Source: a virus (taxonomy: Duplodnaviria; Heunggongvirae; Uroviricota; Caudoviricetes). Taken from it: a DNA stretch of 56,565 bases. How positions within the stretch are numbered: position 1 is the first letter of the stretch; each line of letters begins with the position of its first letter. The position numbers and the translations under genes were made by a program. The notes beneath the pieces were generated by a model. That model had not been told where the DNA came from, did not search any database, and saw nothing but the letters and a program-made list of their open reading frames with translations. The stretch covers positions 1 through 56,565 of the IMG/VR virus record IMGVR_UViG_3300043788_000176; one strand, written 5' to 3'. Below, in pieces: positions 6,390-13,079 of this stretch.

Positions 6390-6449
6390 CGGTAACCCGC
6401 TCGCTTTGGGGGCGAGAGAATCTCGGTTCGAACCCGAGGCTTCCGACCA
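6375..6449 (+). tRNA. trnP: tRNA-Pro(TGG)
   Basis: cggaggc/gcttccg, A73, loop TT-TGG-GG, TTCGAA. Confidence 0.92.
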
Positions 6450-6511
6450 GCTTTTCCTCTTTACAACCGCCGTTAGTTATCCTAACATGGCTTATCTGAG
6501 AGGGACGCAAT

Positions 6512-7183
6512 ATGACCATGGAAGTAAGTTTGCGACGGGCGTCGCAGATCATCAACGCGATTCAGAGGCGCATTGAGCCGCCACGTGAGGAGCCAGAGGA
6601 AGACTCGTATGGTCGTCGTCGGCGCCGCCACGCCAAGAGCGTAAATCCATTGGCGGCGGTCGTGTCGGTTGATGTTGACACGACGGTTGCGGCGGGGGTG
6701 CTCGCGCGCCGCGACGAGTTGCGCCGCAAAATGGAGGCGACTTGGCGGCTGATGGAAGTGCTGACGGCACTGCGTAATGCGGTCGGTGCCGCCAATCATC
6801 AGTATGGCATCGCGAGTCTTGTGACATCGCGCGCTGGCTTGCTTCGCAAGCAGCAAATCCTCGACGGCATGATCAAGGAACTGGCTGCGGCTGGCACTCT
6901 CGACGAGAACGAGTTGGAGAGGAAACTGGACGCGTTGCGTGATCGGATCGCCGCTATGGCGGCTCGTCCATCATCGCGCTATGGCGAACCGGAAACGCCC
7001 GCCGACAAACTGTCGGTGCCGTTGCTGACGGTTGCCGATCATCGGGAACTACAGCGCGACTTGCTGGCGGCCAATCGCCGCTTGGTCGAGATTGACGACC
7101 AGTTGTCTGCCAAGAATGCGAGCAACAAGATCGCGATCGACGGCGGCGATGTCGAGGTGTTGGAAGCGGAGGGCATCATCTGA
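6512..7183 (+). CDS. Coiled-coil hypothetical protein
   Basis: GAGG RBS, 223 aa heptad-rich ORF. Confidence 0.8.
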   Translation: MTMEVSLRRASQIINAIQRRIEPPREEPEEDSYGRRRRRHAKSVNPLAAVVSVDVDTTVAAGVLARRDELRRKMEATWRLMEVLTALRNAVGAANHQYGIASLVTSRAGLLRKQQILDGMIKELAAAGTLDENELERKLDALRDRIAAMAARPSSRYGEPETPADKLSVPLLTVADHRELQRDLLAANRRLVEIDDQLSAKNASNKIAIDGGDVEVLEAEGII

Positions 7184-7400
7184 GATCGGGGGTTCGCCCC
7201 TGATGGGCGGGCGGGTGAGTGAGTAGAGAAGCGGGCAAAATCTTCAACTCCGGGGTCGCCCACCGATCGTGTCTTTGGTAACCGCGCCGGTTTCCGTTAC
7301 GACGGACGATGACGTGGTAATCCGGGCACACCGGGCGTGCTGGTTGATGGTTGCTGATTGCTGTTTGATCCGTCCGATTCTCTGTTCCTCCCCGCCCGTT
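7184..7400 (+). ncRNA. Candidate structured RNA of about 215 nt
   Basis: gatcgg/ccgatc (7184/7268); purine-rich 7209-7230 complementary to pyrimidine-rich 7378-7397; internal tccgt/acgga hairpin. Confidence 0.35.
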
Positions 7401-7429
7401 TCCCTTGCCGGATAAAGGATGTCGGTAAA

Positions 7430-7687
7430 ATGGAAAGAACACTCACACTATCAGTGATGCCAGTAGGCACGCCTGTGTGGCTGATGACCACGAATTGGCA
7501 GATCCGTGCCACCTTCATCAAGAAAATCACGATCGCGGTGGAAAGTGAGTGGGGCGCTCCCATGATCACCTATGACACCTGTCACGATGATTTTTGGGGT
7601 CAGCATGCCCAGGTAGGTCAGACCATTTTCCTCAGTGAGGATGATGCCCGCGAGGAGGTTGATCGACGGAAGAAGTTGGGCCGCTAG
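7430..7687 (+). CDS. Hypothetical protein
   Basis: Start moved to ATG 7430 after AAGGA; ends TAG TAG inside tRNA-Val. Confidence 0.6.
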   Translation: MERTLTLSVMPVGTPVWLMTTNWQIRATFIKKITIAVESEWGAPMITYDTCHDDFWGQHAQVGQTIFLSEDDAREEVDRRKKLGR

Positions 7688-7753
7688 TAGACCGGCTTAG
7701 AACGGCGCGCCTACACCGCGCAGAACGGGGTTCGACTCCTCGGCGGCCTACCA
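7678..7753 (+). tRNA. trnV: tRNA-Val(TAC), C33 variant
   Basis: gggccgc/gcggcct, A73, gcgcg-CCTACAC-cgcgc, TTCGAC. Confidence 0.85.
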
Positions 7754-7787
7754 ATCGCACACGGCTTGCGTTGGCGGCGGCAATGCT

Positions 7788-8147
7788 ATGACAGAACTTG
7801 AGGCGTGTACCTATGCTGCCGATCTTCTCAAAAGAGTTGGGTTCGAGCATCGGTACACCTCGATGCAGAGCGAGGCGTGTTACTATGGGCTGCCGGGGCG
7901 ACGCGAAGTCGTCAGAATTGCAGGACATCGATACGGTGGTGCCGAATACGGGTTGGCCCCTGTTGTCACATGCCTGACAATCACCGCGAGCAAGGAATGG
8001 TCGGAGGTACAAATCTGTAATCTGACCGCCAGCGCTATCGGCAGTTATTTGCTTCGGTGCGCGGGGATCATGCCCCTTAGCGCTAAAGAGCGCGCCCGTC
8101 GGCAACATCGCGCGCGGCTAACCCAGAAGGAGGTTCCGATGACGTGA
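7788..8147 (+). CDS. Hypothetical protein
   Basis: 119-aa ORF in tandem gene run. Confidence 0.65.
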   Translation: MTELEACTYAADLLKRVGFEHRYTSMQSEACYYGLPGRREVVRIAGHRYGGAEYGLAPVVTCLTITASKEWSEVQICNLTASAIGSYLLRCAGIMPLSAKERARRQHRARLTQKEVPMT

Positions 8148-8169
8148 CGCTCAACATCGGAGGTAAATC

Positions 8170-8868
8170 ATGCGCTACGACATGCACGAGGTCGTCATCG
8201 AGCGACCTCGTACTGGCGGCGTGTATCGCTACCGCAACATCCGTTCGCGGACTAAATTGGAGGATTGGCCAGACAAGCAGGGGATGAGCCGTCCCTACCC
8301 TGAGCACAAGGAGTTTTCCGATCTGCTCGGACCGTTGCGGAGATTTTTAGTCAGACAGGTCGGTCGGACGTGGAACGATGTCTACTCCGAAATCCGGCAG
8401 CGGATCAGCCCGCGCTCGACGGTGCAAATCCACATTCTCGGGCACCTCGATGGCATGGTTTCGACCAAGCTGATCGAGCGCGGTGGCAAACTTTTTGTGT
8501 TCGGTCCGTACTGGGTCCACGAGGTATTTCCTGGCGATCTCTACGTCAATCCGCGCACCGGCATTTTGTGTCGGATGCCGGAACGGCGGCGCTATCCAAG
8601 ACCGACCCCACCGACCGATGTCGTGGTTCTAGCTCCAGAGAGCGAGCTGCGTTTGGTCAATGGGATTTGGTACTGGGCGGTGTTCGCCGGCGTGCCAGCG
8701 CCTTCTGTTGATGCCGAGGGTCGGACGATTCGCAGCATCGCGGTCGATTGCTTTACGGGCAAGGAAAGCCCCTATCCGGGGCGCTATCGGATCGGCAAGC
8801 GGCAAGCCAACCACGCCGATCTCAAACGCCACGGTCTCGAAAACAACGACGCGTTACGCTTCCGGTGA
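8170..8868 (+). CDS. Conserved basic hypothetical protein
   Basis: GGAGG RBS; DMHEVVIERPR..DLLGPLRRFL..QVGRTWNDVYSEI motif; stop in the tRNA-Glu D-loop. Confidence 0.85.
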   Translation: MRYDMHEVVIERPRTGGVYRYRNIRSRTKLEDWPDKQGMSRPYPEHKEFSDLLGPLRRFLVRQVGRTWNDVYSEIRQRISPRSTVQIHILGHLDGMVSTKLIERGGKLFVFGPYWVHEVFPGDLYVNPRTGILCRMPERRRYPRPTPPTDVVVLAPESELRLVNGIWYWAVFAGVPAPSVDAEGRTIRSIAVDCFTGKESPYPGRYRIGKRQANHADLKRHGLENNDALRFR

Positions 8869-8923
8869 GGCGCCCCGTCTTTCAAGCGGGAGAGGCTCGG
8901 TTCGACTCCGGCACGCGTCACCA
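8848..8923 (+). tRNA. trnE: tRNA-Glu(TTC)
   Basis: gacgcgt/acgcgtc, loop CT-TTC-AA, TTCGAC, ACCA. Confidence 0.9.
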
Positions 8924-8943
8924 AACCAAGCAGGAGGACGACG

Positions 8944-9255
8944 ATGCCCATCTCTCGACCACCACCAGTGTCGGATGTGCCCGAGGCTGAAATCACCCAC
9001 TGGCAAATACGACAGTTGGAAAATGGCGATCGGCATCTCGTTGGCGTCGTCCAGAACAGCGGTCACGATGGTCGGGTGTCTTCGAAGATCATGATGATCG
9101 GCGAGCGCATCGTGACCACGCGGAGTGGGCGCAGATATTTTCTGCGTGGGCAACCGGGGACTGCTCCGGTTGCCGAATACGTCTGGCAAATGTGGTGCCG
9201 ATACAACGGGGTTGACCCCGAGACGACGGTTGACGTGACCAAAGATTTTTCTTGA
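8944..9255 (+). CDS. Conserved hypothetical protein
   Basis: AGGAGG RBS; HLVG..GRVSS..TTRSGRRYFLRGQPG motif. Confidence 0.8.
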   Translation: MPISRPPPVSDVPEAEITHWQIRQLENGDRHLVGVVQNSGHDGRVSSKIMMIGERIVTTRSGRRYFLRGQPGTAPVAEYVWQMWCRYNGVDPETTVDVTKDFS

Positions 9256-9281
9256 CACCATAGGTCAGGGCGTCCTATATT
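9252..9281 (+). promoter_or_regulatory. Sigma70-type promoter for the Y RNA-rsr unit
   Basis: TTGACA-N18-TATATT about 10 nt upstream of the first Y RNA. Confidence 0.75.
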
Positions 9282-9291
9282 CCCCTCACAA

Positions 9292-9380
9292 GATCGGCGG
9301 CGTAGGGTAACGGTTACTTCGTTGCTGTGAACGACGATGGGCTTCGGTCCAGTTCCCGTTCCCGCCTGTTCCCCGATCGC
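9292..9380 (+). ncRNA. Y RNA 1 (Ro60-binding, two-hairpin insert)
   Basis: 5' gatcgg-cggcgtagggtaacgg-ttacttcg pairs with 3' ccgttccc-gcctgttcc-ccgatc; directly upstream of rsr. Confidence 0.8.
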
Positions 9381-9396
9381 GTGAAATAGAGGTTTT

Positions 9397-9505
9397 GACC
9401 GGCGGCGTTAGGCAACGGCTACTTCGAGTTCGACTCTCGATATCCCCGCCACCCTATGGGGATAGGGCTTCAGGGCCTTTCCGTTTCCGCTTGTTCCCCG
9501 GTCGC
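9397..9505 (+). ncRNA. Y RNA 2 (T-arm-like hairpin plus two hairpins)
   Basis: Same scaffold with compensatory changes (gaccgg/ccggtc); cgag-TTCGACT-ctcg T-arm mimic. Confidence 0.8.
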
Positions 9506-9514
9506 AGTTCTAGT

Positions 9515-9652
9515 GGACGGCAGACGGCGTAGGGCAGAGGTACTTCGTAGCTCAACTGGTAGAGCATCAGTCTATCAACTGACGGTAGTTGGTTCGAATC
9601 CAACCGACCCCGCAAGGGGTTAGCTCCTCTTCCCGCTTATTCCTCTGCCGCC
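9515..9652 (+). ncRNA. Y RNA 3, YrlA-type tRNA mimic
   Basis: Same scaffold plus D arm tagctcaactggtagagc, anticodon-like stem with 6-nt loop, T arm gttgg-TTCGAAT-ccaac, no CCA. Confidence 0.88.
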
Positions 9653-9693
9653 TATTCCTGCGATCGGTTCCTTTCAACAGAGGAGTAGGTCGT

Positions 9694-11097
9694 ATGGCAC
9701 GATTGAACGTCGCGGCCCGGAAGCCGCAAACTCCACCACAGGCTACCAATCCAATCTATCCGTCGAATGTCCAGCGTACCCATGAGGGTGCGCCTGCGGC
9801 AGAGATTCCGGTCGAACTCCAACTGCGTCGCGCTGTGTGTTCCTGCCTGTTGTGGGAGGACACCCACTACGAGAGCGGCAAGGACATCGGCGACCGCATT
9901 GTCGAACTCGTCGGCAAGGTGCCGGTGGGAGTCGCGACCAACTTGGCGATGGACGCCCGCAGTCATTTCCATTTGCGGCATGCGCCGCTGCTGGTCATGG
10001 CGGCTGTCGCGGCGCCGGGTCGAGGCGGTTCACGGATGATCGGCGAGGCGCTGGCGAACGTGATCCAGCGGCCTGACGAATTGACCGAATTCCTGGCGAT
10101 CTATGCCAAGGTCTACGGCGTGCCGCCAAATGCTGTCCGCAAGCGGCTGTCGGCACAGGTCAAGAAGGGTATCGCAGCGGCGTTCGGCAAGTTCGATCGC
10201 TATCAGCTCGGCAAGTATTTCTCGCCCTCTGGTGAGAAGGGTCAGCCGATCCGCGCCCGCGATGCGATGTTCTTGACGCACCCAAAGCCGCTCGACGAAG
10301 AGCAGGCCGCTCATTGGAAGCAGCTTGTCGCCAAAAAGATCGTCGAGGAGGGTGGGGCTGACACTTGGGAAACCAAGCTGTCGAGCGGCAAGGACAAGAA
10401 GGAGACCTTCGAAGAGCAGTTGCGTGCTGGGAAGCTCGGCTATCTCGCCCTATTGCGCAATCTGCGCAACATGACGCAGGCGGGGGTTGATGAAACCCTG
10501 ATTGCCGACGCAATCGTCGGTCGTCGTGGGGCTCGCCGGGTGTTGCCATTCCGCTATGTCACGGCGGCGCGCGCTTGCCCGCAGATGGCAAAGCCGCTTG
10601 ATCAAGCACTGCAGCAAGCGATTCTTGATCTTCCGGTATTGCCGGGCCGCACCGTGGTGCTGGTCGATGTCTCAGGTTCGATGGACGCGCCAATCTCAGG
10701 CAAGTCCGAACTGAACCGCATTGACGTGGCGGCGACATTGGGAGCGATCGTGCCTGGCGACTGTCAGACATTCTCGTTCTCGCACTCGGTAGTTGCAGTT
10801 GGCCAGCCGCGCGGTCTCTCTGGCATCGAGGCGATCAAGCGCAGCCAGCAGCACGGCGGAACGTATCTCGGTCAGGCTGTCGATTTCGTGAACAGGATTG
10901 ATCATGATCGGCTCATCGTGATCACCGATGAACAGAGTCATGACCACGTGCCGGCACCGAAGGCGAGCAAGGCTTACATCATCAACGTCGCCTCATATCG
11001 AAACGGCGTCGGCTATGGCGATCGGTGGATTCATCTGGATGGATTCTCCGAGCAGACACTCCGCTTCATTGCTGAGTTCGAGAAAATCCTGAATTGA
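9694..11097 (+). CDS. rsr: Ro60/TROVE-domain RNA-binding protein (Rsr)
   Basis: THEGAPA, LRRAVCSCLLWED, IQRPDELTEFLA, LLRNLRN, VLPFRY, VLVDVSGSM and VITDEQ (vWA MIDAS); AGGAG RBS before ATG 9694. Confidence 0.96.
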   Translation: MARLNVAARKPQTPPQATNPIYPSNVQRTHEGAPAAEIPVELQLRRAVCSCLLWEDTHYESGKDIGDRIVELVGKVPVGVATNLAMDARSHFHLRHAPLLVMAAVAAPGRGGSRMIGEALANVIQRPDELTEFLAIYAKVYGVPPNAVRKRLSAQVKKGIAAAFGKFDRYQLGKYFSPSGEKGQPIRARDAMFLTHPKPLDEEQAAHWKQLVAKKIVEEGGADTWETKLSSGKDKKETFEEQLRAGKLGYLALLRNLRNMTQAGVDETLIADAIVGRRGARRVLPFRYVTAARACPQMAKPLDQALQQAILDLPVLPGRTVVLVDVSGSMDAPISGKSELNRIDVAATLGAIVPGDCQTFSFSHSVVAVGQPRGLSGIEAIKRSQQHGGTYLGQAVDFVNRIDHDRLIVITDEQSHDHVPAPKASKAYIINVASYRNGVGYGDRWIHLDGFSEQTLRFIAEFEKILN

Positions 11098-11300
11098 CCC
11101 CTGACGATCTCCGGGAGGCTGGGCTCTATCTCTATGGTTGGGGATGGCAGACCCGGCTTTCCGAGACGCTTGGTGTCGCGGATCGCACCGTGCGGCGATG
11201 GGCGTCGGGTGCCGTCGAGGTTCCCGGTCCAGCGCGGTGCGCGATTCACTGCCTCGTCGAGAGCAAAAAGTTACGCATGGCCACGTCGTCAACTGGATAG
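11094..11300 (+). CDS. Small HTH DNA-binding protein
   Basis: QTRLSETLGVADRTVRRWASG; overlaps the rsr stop; stop in the tRNA-Arg D-loop. Confidence 0.8.
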   Translation: MTPDDLREAGLYLYGWGWQTRLSETLGVADRTVRRWASGAVEVPGPARCAIHCLVESKKLRMATSSTG

Positions 11301-11356
11301 ACACCGAGATTACGAATCTCGCATTAGTGTGGGTTCGAATCCCACCGTGGCCTCCA
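11279..11356 (+). tRNA. trnR: tRNA-Arg(ACG)
   Basis: ggccacg/cgtggcc, cgaga-TTACGAA-tctcg. Confidence 0.9.
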
Positions 11357-11364
11357 TACTCTAC

Positions 11365-11436
11365 GGCCCGCTACCTTGGACGGTGCCTCGGTCTTCTAAT
11401 CCGAGTGAGAGGGTTCGAATCCTTCGCGGGTCACCA
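11365..11436 (+). tRNA. trnR: tRNA-Arg(TCT)
   Basis: ggcccgc/gcgggtc, loop CT-TCT-AA. Confidence 0.88.
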
Positions 11437-11438
11437 CT

Positions 11439-11510
11439 GCGCTCGCCAGCGGATCTGGCGTCTGGCCTCCGAAGCCGGAATGCGGGGTCCGACTCCCCGC
11501 GGGCGCGCCA
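11439..11510 (+). tRNA. trnR: tRNA-Arg(CCG)
   Basis: gcgctcg/cgggcgc, loop CT-CCG-AA. Confidence 0.85.
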
Positions 11511-11512
11511 GA

Positions 11513-11590
11513 GCGCGACTAGCCCAATTTGGCAGAGGCGGCTGTTTCAAGAACAGCAGGTTCGGGGTTCGAATCCCCGGTCGCGTACCA
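11513..11590 (+). tRNA. trnL: tRNA-Leu(CAA) with short variable arm
   Basis: gcgcgac/gtcgcgt, A73, gctgt-TTCAAGA-acagc, 5-nt variable region. Confidence 0.85.
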
Positions 11591-11594
11591 TCAT

Positions 11595-11671
11595 GGGATC
11601 GTGACGCAATTGGATAGCGTAGCGGATTTTTAATCCGAAGGTTGTGAGTTCGAGCCTCACCGGTCCCACCA
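11595..11671 (+). tRNA. trnK: tRNA-Lys(TTT)
   Basis: gggatcg/cggtccc, loop TT-TTT-AA. Confidence 0.92.
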
Positions 11672-11672
11672 A

Positions 11673-11746
11673 GCCCACATAGCTCAGTGGTAGAGCAATG
11701 GATTCGTAACCCATAGACGCCTGTTCGATCCAGGCTGTGGGCACCA
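11673..11746 (+). tRNA. trnT: tRNA-Thr(CGT)
   Basis: gcccaca/tgtgggc, loop TT-CGT-AA. Confidence 0.92.
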
Positions 11747-11758
11747 CTAACTTTTCTC

Positions 11759-11787
11759 TTGACGCCATCGGGATCGCTGCTTATCTT
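11759..11787 (+). promoter_or_regulatory. Sigma70-type promoter for the suppressor tRNA-pth2 unit
   Basis: TTGACG-N17-TATCTT, 15 nt before the CUA tRNA. Confidence 0.75.
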
Positions 11788-11802
11788 GCGCTCTAGGAAC
11801 AA

Positions 11803-11876
11803 GCCTCGTTAGCTCAGCAGCCGAGCAGCCGGCTCTAACCCGGTGGAGGTGGGGGCGGCACCCACACGAGGCACCA
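11803..11876 (+). tRNA. Amber suppressor tRNA (CTA anticodon)
   Basis: gcctcgt/acgaggc, A73, CCA; D stem gctc/gagc; gccgg-CTCTAAC-ccggt; T arm gtggg-GGCGGCA-cccac. Confidence 0.88.
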
Positions 11877-11890
11877 GACAGGATGTCGAG

Positions 11891-12268
11891 ATGTCGTAGG
11901 TAGACCAAACTCTCCGCATTTACGCGATCCTGCGCGGAGACCTTGACATGCTTCCCGGTAAGGCTGCGAGCCAATCCGGGCACGCTTTCCTCGACTCGTT
12001 TCTCCAAGCCCATCCCGATATTCAACGCGCCTATCTCGCTGACGGTCACGGCACCAAGGTCGTACTCGTAGCTGAGGATGCGGCGGCATTGTTCGGCGCG
12101 CAGGCTGCGGCCCGTGCGGCGGGTTTGCCATGCGCGTTGGTCGAGGATAGCGGGCATATCATGCCGCCGCATTTTGACGGCTCTCTGATCACCACTGCGC
12201 TCGGCATCGGGCCAGCTACACGCGATCAAGTACGTCGCATCACCGAAAGGTTCGGCTGCATGCGATGA
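11891..12268 (+). CDS. pth2: Peptidyl-tRNA hydrolase type 2 (Pth2) with in-frame TAG at codon 3
   Basis: LRIYAILRGDLDMLPGKAASQSGHA, KVVLV and TALGIGP match Pth2. AGGA-N7-ATG(11891) TCG TAG is in frame; the track start at 11948 truncates the conserved N-terminal strand. Confidence 0.85.
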
Positions 12269-12272
12269 TCCT

Positions 12273-12350
12273 GGGGCGGTAGCTTACAGAAAGCGCCAAT
12301 GGCTCGAAAGAGCCTGCGGAGACGGCAGTTCGTCACTGTCCCGCCCACCA
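12273..12350 (+). ncRNA. tRNA-like RNA 1 lacking an anticodon loop
   Basis: gggcgg/ccgccc+ACCA, D arm gctt/aagc, T arm ggcag-TTCGTCA-ctgtc; anticodon arm ends in ggctc-GAAA-gagcc. Confidence 0.75.
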
Positions 12351-12358
12351 AATCCGAT

Positions 12359-12441
12359 GCGTCGGTAGCTCAGCGGTAGAGCGCTCGCGGCACCTCGGTG
12401 CTAAAGAGAGAGGGATGGTTCAACTCCTCCCCGACGCGCCA
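12359..12441 (+). ncRNA. tRNA-like RNA 2 lacking an anticodon loop
   Basis: gcgtcgg/ccgacgc+GCCA, canonical D arm, TTCAACT T-loop; anticodon arm has an internal loop capped by gcac-CTCG-gtgc. Confidence 0.75.
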
Positions 12442-12464
12442 CTCTCACACAGGGAACCTTAGTC

Positions 12465-13079
12465 ATGTCTCGCGCAGCGCTCAGAGAGCGAAGTAGTAGA
12501 TCGCTGCACTGGAGAACGCTCGCACTCAACGCAGACGGGCGACCGCTGTCTACATACCCACTTTCGATTGTAAGCGCACAAGATGCGGTATCGGCGATCT
12601 GGCGCCAGCGGGCCATCGTGATCGAAACGTGGGAAGGCGCGTTCTTCCGCTCGCCATCCACGACGATTGCGGTTCCCAAAGTCATGATGCTCAGGGAATA
12701 CGCCCCTATCTCCGGGGAACCGAAATTTTGTCGGCGCTCGATCCTGTTGCGGGACAAGTTCCGGTGTCAGTATTGTGGGCAGGAGTTTCCATCGCAGGAG
12801 TTAACCTACGATCATGTCATTCCGCGGTCGCTTGGCGGGAAGACGGTCTGGACGAACATTGTCACCGCCTGCCTACGGTGCAACGCCGCAAAGGCGAATA
12901 GCCTCCCGCATTACAGTGGCCGGAAGGGGGTCGTCCAAGCTGGCAAGATGCGTCCGCTGAAGGAGCCGCGTCGGCCGACGACCGCCGAATTGCTGCGCGC
13001 GGGGCTCCAGTTTTTGCCCAATGATTTGAAAGAGTCCTTCGGGGATTTCATCTATTGGGGCGTGGAATTGCACGCATGA
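12465..13079 (+). CDS. HNH endonuclease (McrA-like, proteobacterial family)
   Basis: TLALNADGRPLSTYPLS..LRDKFRCQYCG..LTYDHVIPRSLGGKTVWTNIVTACLRCN. Confidence 0.93.
   Translation: MSRAALRERSSRSLHWRTLALNADGRPLSTYPLSIVSAQDAVSAIWRQRAIVIETWEGAFFRSPSTTIAVPKVMMLREYAPISGEPKFCRRSILLRDKFRCQYCGQEFPSQELTYDHVIPRSLGGKTVWTNIVTACLRCNAAKANSLPHYSGRKGVVQAGKMRPLKEPRRPTTAELLRAGLQFLPNDLKESFGDFIYWGVELHA

Noticed and set aside
11803-11876. Pyrrolysine tRNA
   Set aside because: A73, normal 5-bp anticodon stem, U8-A9 linker and 4-nt variable loop do not fit tRNA-Pyl; no pylS seen.
11948-12268. Pth2 starting at ATG 11948 as in the ORF track
   Set aside because: It removes the conserved first strand and the R.DL motif, and has only a weak GGAG about 9 nt upstream. 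Kept only as an alternative.
12273-12350. tmRNA tRNA-like domain
   Set aside because: It starts GGGGC and lacks an anticodon, but has no G3-U70 alanine determinant and no tag-reading frame or second piece was recognised.
12385-12411. Intron-containing second CUA tRNA (removing cacctcggtg leaves GG-CUA-AA)
   Set aside because: The loop would have G32-G33, there is no bulge-helix-bulge, and no splicing enzyme is evident.
19-12757. Many overlapping and minus-strand ORFs across the tRNA island
   Set aside because: They are shadows of tRNAs or of + strand genes, with no RBS or recognisable motifs.
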